This document shows, one piece after another, positions 24,150 to 35,660 of a stretch of 64,000 nucleotides of DNA. The translations under genes were made by a program, and so were the position numbers. The notes beneath the pieces are model-generated. The model saw only the letters and a program-made list of their open reading frames with translations. It was not told where the DNA came from and did no database searches. Each line of letters opens with the position of its first letter. The stretch's first letter is position 1. Source of the stretch: Dicyema japonicum (Eukaryota; Animalia; Dicyemida); NCBI GenBank assembly GCA_011109175.1, contig RDEW01000009.1:191237-255236 (forward strand). Reading direction: 5' to 3'.

Positions 24150-26309
24150 ATGAGTAAATCGATAAAATTTTGCGATATTTTTATTTATTGCATAAAATCT
24201 GAGGTAATTTCCGGTTTAACCAGATTTTTGACATTCTCTTGATCATTGACGTCACATTGGAGAAACTCTCAGATTGCTTATCGTCCATAGACTCCATTTT
24301 ATGCCACATTGTCATAAAAACTGTCAACTCGCTGCTCAGTCTGAAAATGTATAGTTATCGGTTATTTCTAGCTCAAATTTCGACTTTAGCGAAGTCAGAC
24401 ATGTCAGCTCTCCTGCAAGTCATCCTTTGATACGTGTTATTTCCCGTGGATTGCTTATAATCTTCAAAATCTTACACATTTACGACTTAAATGACCCTGA
24501 ATTTGTGAAAAATGACATTGATCTTCTCAGTCGTTTATTATTGAAGTCAACACACATGCGATTGATTTTAGAAATGTCCTTCTCGTTGGAACTAGCAGAA
24601 TGTTTTCCTTTTCTTATTTTTAGGCCAAGAATGCCGCCAAATATTTTTCTCAAATCAAAATAAATTCAAAATTTTATTCAAAACTCAAGATTTAGAACTT
24701 TTAGAGAAAATTATATCGAAATCTAACCTACATGAGTCCTCAATGGCTTGCTATGAGAGGAAGACCAACCTGTCGGTTGCTTTTAAGCTTATACTTGACA
24801 CGTGGGATAAAATGAACTGTGAGAATTTTGAGGCAGTCATATCGTCATTCGAAAAAGAATTTCTCGACGTTTTCTTGAATTTTTCAAATTTAGGAGTCAA
24901 GCCGAGTTAAAACCTTCATAGATCTCTTCCACTATGGAATCACTAAATTAGCATGTGGAATCAAGGAAAGGGAAGGAATCGAGACTTGGCTTAGATTTCT
25001 GCTGAGAGAAGTAGATTTTCTTCTAACCCGACAGATTTGGTTACTTATCTCAAAAATGTATCCAAAGGATATCGAAAACTCGTTGGAGTATATTAACTCC
25101 ACCTATGGCTTTGTTTTGGACTTTCTGGATTATTCCTTGGACTGTGACATTATGAAGTTGTCGGTAGAATCCGTCATGGCACGTGGTCTTCAGATTGACG
25201 ACGGCTTTATTACTCGAAATAAAAGGTTGAAGTGTCCTTTACTTTCAGCCAACTCTTTGAACGTACCAAGGATGGTGTGTCATCCCTGCTTCAGAAATCA
25301 TGAGGAACCTAGCTAGATCAGAGATTTTAGTGAAGAATTTGGTATTCATTAGTATTTTAATCTCAGCTTGGAGATCTGGACGCTTGTGACATTTTAGGGC
25401 TCTTGGACGAGTTCATCCTTCTACGGAAGTGCTGCTATAATGAGATTCGATGGACTGGAATGTGTAACCTATTTGAGGAGAGGTTAATAAGGTTTGAGTT
25501 CTTATTTATTTTAGTCTAATGAAAAATTACGCAGTCAGTGAAAACAGGAACATTTTTGATCGCTTGTTGATGATCTGGATGGACTACAAGATACTCGCCT
25601 ATAACACTGATCTAGTATTGAAGTTACTTATTTTAGTTTGAAACTATCATTAATCTGGCTGATTCATTCACTGAAGGACATTGGAATGTCAATATAGACT
25701 TCACTAGACTGTTTTTACAGCTTATTTAACAAAGGGCCGACTTGAAGAATCTGCTGGTTTACATTTCCAATGGAATTGTCTATATTGACAGACGATATCA
25801 CGATTTAGTGGATAGAAAGAATATTAGGACGGACAGCCCTGAAATTGAAATTTTTTTGGAGATGAACTTTACAGTGTGAGACTCATTTTGTACCTTTATA
25901 CGAGAATATTCGGCTATGCCTTTGAAAATCTTTCCCCTATTCCATCAAATGGGAGTAATGAGTGATATTTTTTCAGTAATTTTAGTTTACTGAGTGAGAT
26001 GGCTGTAAAGATGGTCAAAATAGTCGATGACAAAATTAACTTTGAATTAAACCTTGCTGTACAAAAGATCTCAAAGTCCCTGTTGTTAGGAGCAGTTGAA
26101 GGACCTTCGTTGAATTTGCTTATTTCTTTTTTTCCTGATTGTGTGATCTTGGAAATCCTTTTGAATGTAGTTTTATGATAAATTCTAGAATATTCTAGAA
26201 TTGGGAGATTCAGTAACCGATATGCGGTTAAACCCGCTCTCGTCGCTATTATTTGCTATAATATGGCAGTTGAGTTTATTTTAAAGTTTTCAGTCTTCGT
26301 AATTTATAG
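24150..26309 (+). CDS. Unidentified ~600-aa multi-exon gene, probably helical
   Basis: Frame is maintained by successive tiny GT-AG introns, e.g. 24204-24223 (20 nt), 24869-24893 (25), 25226-25248 (23), 25275-25294 (20), plus further 22-25 nt introns to about 26293. One 1-nt discrepancy in a T7 run at about 25851-25857. The 3' end is uncertain. Confidence 0.7.
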
Positions 26310-27369
26310 AATATATCCAAAGTTTATTCTCAGGTTTATCGAGCAAAAAGATGGGGGACGGTTTGCTTTCATTTTCAGACTTGCCTTATCCGTCGTTGTC
26401 TGTAGTGATTCTTTGGATAAATCCACCAATTTTGACAATTATGACAAACTCCGACAGGAATTATCAACAGTGGGAGTTTTCTGTCATTTTAGTACATTCC
26501 TCTGTCGTTTAATAGTGAAAAATGTTTCGACGGTGAAAGGGTGAAGGATATTTTTGCAGTTAGTGATCAAATGGTGAATAAAGTTGATGATATTTTTGGT
26601 ATTACTCTTTTATTTACTGAAGATTTGTTTTTGGATGTTTTCAGTTACTGTGTGATCTTTAAAACTCATTTTCCGTTCAGTAACATGGCGGTTAAGTTAT
26701 TGGGAGAGGTATTTCATGTTCTTGGAAAGAGGTGTTGTAGAAAACGTGTGTATAATCTGGTTTGATTTTTGTGTGAGCTTGGTAGTTTTACTACTTGGTT
26801 GTGTCAAATCCGCTTGATGTTTCTTGGACTAGTGTTGTTAGGAAATTTATGCGCGCATGCGGGAATGCTGTACATGGAATCAATATGGTAGGCTTCATCG
26901 CAGGAGAATTTCACCTTCATAATTATGATCTCTATGATTTTTACTGTTTATAAAAATAATTGGTTTTGTGATTACAACTGATTAAAAAAATACAATTTTA
27001 AGTGCTTAATATGTCAAACCCAATATCTGGGAATTTACTTGTTCAGAACTCTGGGTTTATATTGTCTCCTGAGTTTGTCAACTAATCTATAATAATAACA
27101 CCAGAGACCACGGTTACACAAACTAATTAATCACGTGATCCCATCACGCTCTAGCAGAGACCTCAACTTGGCCCGATGTCTTACCTTGACCCCACATAAA
27201 AACGTATCGGCCGAATGACTGGATCTTCGCAGTCACGACGATACGTTCCACAGTTCATGCGTATCATGGATTCCAGAGGCATTGGACTCTCCAGAAATCC
27301 ATCGTTCCATAATTTTGGAGGCTCTTTTTCGGCTAACCTCGATCTTCAAGACATTATTATTATTATTAT

Positions 27370-28140
27370 TGAACCAGAAAACCACCGTCATATCCAAAAT
27401 AATCAAAATTCAGGTGATCCCGGTCTCCCTCAACAGTCTCCACATCTTTTCTCGGTGTTCCGACTGCGTTCCTGCGATGCGGGTGGGTCCGCATACTCGA
27501 GTCCTTCGCAGGGGCACTGTTCTATCATATTTTCTAGGTTTCTGGGCAGAATTTCCTCACGGGAATTTTTTTTATCTCAACCGTCTATCATTTCCTTAGT
27601 AGGTTTGCTGTCTTCACTTGAATGTTGCAAATTCGTTGCAGCAAGGTTAGATCCCCAGACATTAGCCTCGATGAACTGTTTGTATATGACGTCCAGTCCA
27701 TTCAGATCTCTTTTGTCTCTTAGTTTTCCTAAGAACGTTTTCAGGAAGTTGATTTTCCTCGTACAACATATTTTCGACATGTTTTGTAAAGGTTAAGATG
27801 GTGTCAAAGATAACTCCTAAGATTTCTGGAATTTGTTTTGCGGGATATTTTTTCCATCCAATGTGACGTCAATTTATTTTCCCAAAGCCATAAACTTAGT
27901 TGATTCAGATTTTCCTGTACTCTTCTCGTTGCTTCGATAATACGCAATCCCTCGAAGCAATAACTACATCATCCGCATACGTTAATAATATGTCACCGTC
28001 CCCCTGTGGGAGTGGCAAGTCATTCATCATAAGGTTAAACAAGAGGGGAGATAATGGGGAGCCCTGAGGAACGCCATTTGCTAAGTCTTGATACGGAACA
28101 TCGATTGCCATAGTGTACTTGTCCTCGTCGATCACTCAAG
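27370..28140 (-). mobile_element. Vingi-like LINE fragments
   Basis: ORF 27905-28135 has NGVPQGSPLSPLLFN and TYADD. ORF 27577-27780 has IYKQFIE. (AAT)n tail on the minus strand near 27352-27368. Confidence 0.7.
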
Positions 28141-30294
28141 AAATTTCCCAACCATAATTTCAGGTTTGCGTCAATGTTAAGATACGAAACTCTAAACAAA
28201 AACCTTTTGTATTTTTTATTTAATTTCTACATTTAAGCAATTATCTTGACTAGGAAAATTAAAAATTTCGACATCTATGATGCTTTGGCTTGACGAGCGA
28301 CGCCGTTATCAGTGAATATCTCACTGCGGAACTGGATCATCTACAAAAGACTCACACCTAACAAAAAAATGTGAAGAGCATTCCATGGTTCTCCTTCATC
28401 GATTAGTTATCATATTGATAAACTTCTTTTGATCATCTGATTGAATACTTCAACAATCTCCCGACTCTGTGGATTGTTCGGCCTTCCATGGATTTGATTG
28501 ATGTTGAATTCTTCGCATAACTTAACAATGTGCGTATTCTTGAATTCGGTCTAGCTATCAGGTTGTAAATATCTGCACGGGCCATAATACACGAAAATCT
28601 CTTAAATTTTCGGCGACTTCAATACCGTTTTTTAAGATTCCTTGTAATGGCATATTCGAAATAGACGTCACTCACTGATAACAACCAAGAAAAATGTACT
28701 CCTCAGTATTTTTAAGATCACTTTGTTAGGCATCAGGACAACGTGGTTAGTGTGGTTACTTTTTTGATTTTATTTTCAAAAATTATGGAGTGCCAACAAA
28801 AATTGCTGTAAATCTTTTATAAAATATTTTTACACATAATATTGGTGATCTTAAAGAGGATGCGTTCGCTCAGGTGAGTTACTCCACAAAACTCCGACTT
28901 AATTCACCACGTGGTAAATTGAGTCTCTCTTTATTCGCATTCAGACATGTACTTAGTTCTCCTTCAGTACATGTCTAATCATGCGATCAATGTCGCCGTA
29001 CTCACTACTCGAATTCTACCACCCCACGTATTGATTAAGCAATGAAATTGCGTACTCATTCAATCCTCAAAACAAATTCCGTGCATTTAGTTGAGTCTTG
29101 CATAGGAGTGATGTCCTGACCCTTATTCCATCAATTATTCGTTTTTGGTCTCGGAGATAATCAGAGGACATCACTCTCAGTAATACCTAAGTATTTATGT
29201 TCATCGTGTTCTTCTAACAGTCTCACCAAATCTCCACAAAAATGAGAATTAGTTGCTGACTTAGAGAAATTAATTTTCAAGTCGATTTCTCCCAATAACT
29301 GGTTTATGCAGACCGAGAAAACAGTTTTATATCATAAATGAATATAAAGTGATTCGTTAAAACAAACCTCCTCATGAATGATGGACACCTGTTCGAACTG
29401 GCCACCGAGGATTGTGCTCAACGTTTCGAGGCAGAGCACAAAAAACAGCGGTGGCATACTATCTTCGTTTCAATAGTAACCTCACCAGATGAACACTTCA
29501 CCTGTTTATGATGGACGTAACAAACTGAGTGAACCACACAGGAAAACAAATGCTGCGCAGATACTCAATAATGTAGTTATGATCAACAAAATCAAACGCT
29601 TTTTCACATCTACCCACATAAGTGAATTCCCATGATACACAGACGATAATTTTTTGAAGACTCTGGATTGGTCATCTTTGGAATCAAAAAGGTGATTCCA
29701 GAATGCATCCATTTTGAATTTTGATTCCGGGTTATTCAGACGACGTAAGAGTCGTGTAGTGAAGTTCTTCTCTTGATAAAGAAATTGTTAATTCTGCAAA
29801 CCCCGAGGTTTTTTTAGTCAGAAAGGTAGAAGTATGTCACCATACTTCTTTCGAATATCGAACATTCCAAAAGACTAAGTCATCAAGTGTCTGGTTTCAC
29901 TTGGAATAGATTTAACTCAGTGGTTCTTAACGGGGGCACCAGCGCCACTAGGGGCGCTGGAATTTTAATTTTTTTAATTATTATAAATATTTGCATTAGG
30001 TTTTATAAATAATTTATCACGTGCTTTTCTAATAAATTCTACTTTTCTTGTGTACTTTCTAAAAAATATTTACTGATATATTTATAAATATTTTCTAATT
30101 GTATATAATATTTTATAAACGACGTATATATTCGGATGGATACTTAAAGTTTGGAGTGATACCCTACGAGCATAACAAATTAGGGCTTTTTTAGGTAATT
30201 TTTATAATTTTTTATTATTTTATTAAGTTGATTTTATTAAAAGTTGAATTTCATAAAATCAATCAAGTAAATATTAGCTTGCAAGAAAACAATA

Positions 30295-31005
30295 TCAATT
30301 TAATAAATGCCTCGTGTCCGCCGCCAACCATGGGAGCGGAGCGTGGCTGGATGCACTCCCGTGTTCCTTCCTGGGGACCCTTTTGGACGATGACTGTATT
30401 CGGATTGGATCGCACAACGCCTGGGAGTTGATGTTTGCGTCGAACACCAATGTCGCTGTGGAGGGATCGTCGATGCCAAAGGGCTGCACCCGCTCTCGTG
30501 CAAAAGGAGTGCGGGCAGAGCACCCCGCCATGCTGCTATGAACAACATTGCCGTGCGAGCTCTTGAAGCGGCAGGCTTCCCGGCAGTACTGGAGCCTGTG
30601 GGATTGGACCGCGGAGATGGGAAAAGACTAGATGGTTAACTTATCTTTCCGTTCACTGAGGGAAAATCGCTTCGTATGGGACTGCACTGTTGTGGATTTT
30701 TTTCTCGAACTCGTTGATATTCAGCTCGGCGCAGTCTACTGGATCGGCAGTCGATCTGACCGAGAAAATCAAGATTAAAATATATGGCTAAGTTGGAGAC
30801 CGCTATCGTTTTGTACCGGTAGCAATTGAGACGTCTGGTGCGGCCGGAAGTATTACAGCCTCCTTCCTAGAGGAAATCGGGGGAAAATTGGCCAACCGCA
30901 AGAAAGACGTGCGGGAAGCGGTCTGGCTGAGGCAAAGAATTGGTATCGCAGTTGTCCGCAGGAAACGCTTACTCCGTGATGTCAGCAGCCGCTCTCCCCC
31001 ATAGT
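30295..31005 (+). mobile_element. CRE-clade 3' fragment nested in the hAT
   Basis: SGAWLDALPCSFLGTLLDDDCIRI, LEPVGLDRGDGKRLDG, VPVAIETSG...IAVVR. Confidence 0.85.
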
Positions 31006-31326
31006 TAATAAATAATATTTTATTGTTAATAAATTTTTATAATTAAAAAAAATTTTTTAATAAATGTAAAAGGAATTATCTCGCCTTTTTATTGGAAAAT
31101 TTATGTTTTATGAAAACAATATAAAAAAAGATCTTTATTAATGTCGCGAGCCATCCGTGTTACACATTCTATCGTGTTACATTTTGACTTTGAAATTTGA
31201 CACCAATCAACCTTGATATTAATTTTCTGAAATTAATTTACTTAACACAATTCACAGCTTGAAAAATTAAATCACCACTAGGCTAAATAACTGTTGTTTT
31301 ATTAATATTCAACCCTTAAAATTACA

Positions 31327-31521
31327 ATAGATACTATATCCCTATGCGGTCTTCGGCCGCTGTTCTTCTTCTAATAGATACTATATCCCTATTCGGCCTT
31401 CGGCCGCTGCTCTTCTTCTGATAGATACTAGATCCCTATGTGGCCTTCAGCCGCTGTTCTTCTCCTGATAGATACTATATCCCTATTCGGCCTTTGGCCG
31501 CTGTTCTTTCGATAGACACTA
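31327..31521 (+). repeat. 47-bp minisatellite, 4 copies plus a partial copy
   Basis: Units start at 31327, 31374, 31421, 31468 and 31512 (partial). Consensus ATAGATACTATATCCCTATTCGGCCTTCGGCCGCTGTTCTTCTTCTR. Confidence 0.95.
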
Positions 31522-31559
31522 ATATAAATAAACATAATGAAATTCAATTTTATTACATA

Positions 31560-32424
31560 AGTTTAACAAATTACTCTAATTAGGGATTTTAGCACTTCTC
31601 GCTCTTGTGCCGAATTTGTAACTCGAATTTTTTTTCTGATATCATTTCCTCAATTGTAAAGGAGCCTATTGTAACCAAACTAAATTAAAAAAAACCTTCA
31701 TAAAATGAATTCAATTTCATTTTTTTATATTTTGGATCGTTATTAAAGTCTTTTGCTATCAAGACTGAATCTCCAATTTCCATTGATCCATTGTTTGAAT
31801 TTTTTTTCCTTTTCATTCTTTGATAATATTGTTCACTGTTAATTTCATCATCTAAAATAAAAATTTTTCTATATACCTTCATTTGAATTAATTTTACAGT
31901 CATCCTCATTATTCAAACTTGGTGATTGAGGGTGCCTTGGGCGACTAAACTTCTGTAAAACGTTGCATTCTTGGCATAATGAAGTAACTATTTCATTTTT
32001 GAATTTTTTTCCGTTGTCTGATTGTAATATTTGAGGAGGTCCAAAATTATAAAAAATGTGTTTTAAAATAGAAGCAATTAGAAATGCTTCTTTCGAATTT
32101 AGCTCGGGCAAAGCAAAATTTTGAATAAATATCAATTACGTTAAAAATATATTTGAGACCATGATTTTCTTCAGACCATCGACTCAAATCTACCATATCC
32201 ATTTGATAACGCTCTCTTGGAGCTTTCGCTTTAATGTTTATTAAAGGAATATGTGCTTTTAGCGGCTGACTTTGTGCACACGCCATACATTCAGCACAAA
32301 CTTTTCGGATGATAGATCTCTTAATAGTAAAAAAATAGTTGTCAGAGTATTCTTTCATTTTGTTTACTCCATAATGCGTTTTCAAATGTAAATTCAGACA
32401 TTCTTCATAGTTAAGGGACGACAT
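31560..32424 (-). mobile_element. Retroviral-type integrase (Ginger/KRBA2-like) fragment, frameshifted
   Basis: ORFs 32047-32424, 31869-32135 and 31685-31909 give HHCC remnant (HLKTHYG...CAECMAC), PRERYQMDMVD, VIDIYSKF, FGPPQILQSDNG and SRPRHPQS. Confidence 0.85.
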
Positions 32425-33039
32425 GAAAATTCGGTTTAATGATTTAGAAAATTTAAAATATTATGATTTCTATATAAATCCATTTGAACCTGAAAACTTA
32501 ATATATCTCCCGAAATAACAAAATTTATAAATCTGAATTATGACTGAAACTAAAGTCATATTTAGCAAATATAAATATCAACAATTCTGGGTTACTCATA
32601 GAAAAAATATATTCAATTGTGAAATGAAATCGAAACACGTATAATAGCATTTCCATCAACATATCTAGTTGAAAGAGGATTTAGTGCAGTCTCCAATATT
32701 TTGACCAAAAAAGAAATAAATTACAAATTGTGAATAGAGGAGAATTGAGACTAAGTCTGCCAACTATGGAAGCTTACATAAAGGGATTGACAAATTCTCA
32801 AGTACAAGGTAGTCATTAAAATAGTTTTTATATAACAAAAAAAAGTTTTGTTTGTGAATAAATATTTGATAATTTAAAATTTGGTCAGTTGGCATTGCAC
32901 TCTAATGATGTAAAAATAGTTTCGACGTACAATTTGAAAAAAATGGCCAAATAAATTCGCAATCTCTTAAAATACTTTTTCCCAAAAATATCTTTTGGAG
33001 CAGCTGCTTCGACCGCGGAAAACCTAAAAATCAAGAAAT

Positions 33040-33256
33040 ATTCTTGCCTCGGGACCGCTACCGATTTACTCATGTTACGACCGAGTCATCTAGAGCCGTT
33101 GGTCCAATGACGGCTGAGTTTTTGCGTGAACTTGGAGGAATGCTTGCCAGAAAAAAACGGGATCAACGAGAAGGGTTATGGCAGAGACAAAAGTTTGGAA
33201 TGGCCATACTCCGAGGGAACTCGTTCGCGATCCACGCAGCAGGCTTCCTCAACTAA
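33040..33256 (+). mobile_element. CRE-clade 3' fragment nested in the hAT
   Basis: DRYRFTHVTTESSRAVG...REGLWQRQKFGMAILRGNSFAI. Confidence 0.8.
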
Positions 33257-34099
33257 CATTTGTTTCTTTGTTAAATAATTGTCTTTAATTCGCAATTGAA
33301 AAAAATAAATTAAATCTTAAGGGGGCGCTGAAATTTTGAAAATTCAAAATTTTATCAAAAAGGGGCGCTGACTTAAAAAAGGTTAAGAATCACTGATTTA
33401 GCTGATTCTTTTCGAGTTCAATACCTCTATATGCCCCACGTGGAAAGCATCTCAGCATCTCGATGGGTATCAACGTTGGCACTAGTTTCATGCGATCAGC
33501 GGTAAAACAGACAGATTGTAGGAAACTTGAAACCATTTGGAAGCATGCATTCAAGTCAAGTCACTCCTTAAGACCTTTCACTTTCACTTCTAATCTGGTT
33601 GCGTGGGGGAAAACAAAAAAATCTCGAACTTTTCTTTCGATAGAGATGGACTATGCCCATACCGTAGGCATAAAAGTTCCATTCATCTATTTTAATCCAA
33701 GAAGCATTTTAAAGTATTCCAGTCATAGAATCTCGCATAATGAACCCCGGCTCGAAACTTAGTACATCAAAAATTATAAATACGGTAGAACCTCTCCTTC
33801 TTCCCTACTCAACTGCCAGAAGACTCAACTGCCAGAATCTTTTCTTTTATCTCAGCCCATTTTTAAATTCCCGCTAATCCAAATTCATAAGAATGTTAGT
33901 CAAGGAGGATTACTATCAAATGCTACGCAATGAAAATAATCCTTAAATAAGGTCACTCGTACTACAAAAAATTGTTGTCATTATTACTTAATATAATGGT
34001 AAGTTCAACAAAAAAATGCTGTTGGGAATTTTGGCCCACCAATGATCCTGAATAATCAAGGGAAAATGAAAAGCATAATTTAGTAAAATTTTAAACATA

Positions 34100-34715
34100 T
34101 TATTTTAGCCTTTTCGCATTAAGTTTGCTCCAAATACCAACGTTCACTCGTTCTTTCTCAGTAATCGTTGTAAAATCCAACTTCTTCAACTGAGGCAACC
34201 AAAACAAGACTTGTTCTCTATAACTCTAAAGAATGAAGATTTAAAATACAGGACTGTCACAAATCTTATTTCCGTGGAGAGTCAAATTCCGAAGAGACTC
34301 CACTTTAGCGAGAGATTTAACGTCCGAAAGCGAGGATATCTCGTTTCCGTGGAGATAAAGAATATAAAGATTTGGAAACTCTTCAAAAAGCTATTAGTAA
34401 TGAATTCGTAAGTACAGGCGGTATTTTCTGGATTCTATTAAATGAAAAATCAATCCATGTTATTTTCTTAGGGAAGGCGATTATTTGTGATAGGACGGCA
34501 GGAAGGCCATCAATTTGCGTAAAACAGTTATTGTTGCAACTAACTGTTGTAATGTCCCATTTGTCGTCTAGTTTCGCTAATTTTTTGCCCGTCGGAGAAA
34601 TTCGGGGGTCGTTCTTTGCAATATCTTATGTGAAGAAATCATTATTACCAGAAATGGCTGAGAAATCTCTGAAGGAAAAGTCTAATTTAGCCAATTCAGC
34701 ATCAGTAACTACCAT
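34100..34715 (-). CDS. LRRC51: Leucine-rich repeat protein 51 (ciliary), 4 exons
   Basis: GT-AG introns at 34625-34648 (24 nt), 34391-34415 (25) and 34226-34249 (24). Spliced protein LDFSFRDF...KITWIDFSFNRI...FPNLYILYLHGNEI...LRNLTLHGNKI...YREQVLFWLPQLKKLDFTTIT matches the LRRC51 pattern. Confidence 0.9.
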
Positions 34716-34870
34716 TTATCGCTATGGAATTTATATTAATAAATTTAAATTTTTATTTTATTTATTATTTTATTAAAAATAGGTAGCAACGCTCGAGTCG
34801 CTAAGAAAAACGTGTTACCAATTTATATTATTTTATTAAAATACAACGCTCGTTAGTGTGGTACATAAAA

Positions 34871-35275
34871 TTAGTTGAGTTTCCCTTGTGCCGTATTCCC
34901 AACCATCCTCTCCGTTATCTTCGACCATGATCTTCTGTTGCGCACTAGTTCTCTTAGGTAGTCCTGGTCGTCCGCCATTTCCATTATAATATCAGATGCT
35001 GTCAACACCCTTGTAACGTAGTAAATCAGGTCCTGATGGACTGCAAATTCGAGATCATAATGTCGGCAGGCCGACGGGAGGATAAAAAGGTGGAATTTTC
35101 CAAACAGTTCTGTACATTGCACGGTCGTATTTGTCTCTTGTAGACAGCAGACAGAGACGTCATATTTAGTTAGATCGCATACAAGTTGGTGTTTCTTGTA
35201 AGGTTGATCAAGTCCTCTGCAACTGAAAGATCCCAGAGTGAACGGACAAGTCAGTAAGGAATATGAATAAGACAT
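34871..35275 (-). mobile_element. RTE LINE fragment (APE start fused to 3' end)
   Basis: LVCDLTKYDVSVCCLQET, then LRELVRNRRSWSKIT. Confidence 0.7.
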
Positions 35276-35308
35276 AGTGCAATAGAGGTGTCATCACCAC
35301 CTCAACCT

Positions 35309-35620
35309 ATAGTGTGGTGCTATGTGGCTACTTAATTGACGATTTCTCTTGCTTTATTCTGTTCCCATTAGAGTGGCGTCATGTGATTCAGTTGTCTAGA
35401 TGGCTTTCAGTAGTTAGGTGCCACAAAATGTATCACTTGCTCTCCCCTAGTTCACTGGACGGGTTCCCGCATCTGCAAGGACTAGGTGTTTTCTTCCCTT
35501 TCCGTTGGTTCTGAATCAACTTTATGTGATGTTGAAAGGATTCTCTCCTGCTGATATTGTGGGAATTTTATAAAATTAATTAGTTGTTAACTTTTAACCT
35601 TTTTCTCAGTGAATAAATTT
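35309..35620 (+). repeat. SINE-like family B copy
   Basis: Start GTGTGGTGCTATGTGGCT, body ATTAGAGTGGCGTCATGTGAT shared with 50926-51230, end TTAATTAGTTGTTAACTTTTAACC. Confidence 0.65.
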
Positions 35621-35660
35621 AACTCAACTGTTGTAATGGGTATTTTTTTTAGTAACAGTT

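Larger units (their letters stand above)
29918..33395 (+). mobile_element. hAT (Charlie-like) DNA transposon with nested insertions
   Basis: TIRs CAGTGGTTCTTAAC (29918) and GTTAAGAATCACTG (33382-33395). 8-bp TSD ATTTAACT/ATTTAGCT. Subterminal GGGGCGC repeats. Transposase C-terminal remnant FPSTYLVERGFSAVSNILTKKRNKLQI at about 32650-32760. Confidence 0.88.

Noticed and set aside
25851-25857. Programmed frameshifting or RNA editing at frame breaks (also about 16030, 61434 and 61797)
   Set aside because: Most breaks fall in A/T homopolymers, so assembly indel error is the simpler explanation. It cannot be tested without reads.
27215-27796. 193-aa ORF as a real gene (likewise 34372-34776, 11478-11873 and 35708-36007)
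   Set aside because: These are antisense or shadow ORFs over transposon fragments or over LRRC51.
31327-31521. CRISPR-like array
   Set aside because: Units are contiguous with no unique spacers, the context is eukaryotic, and no cas genes are present.
33420-33760. Gene downstream of LRRC51 (e.g. a TOMT-like partner)
   Set aside because: There are stops in all frames, no methyltransferase motifs, and no consistent intron solution.
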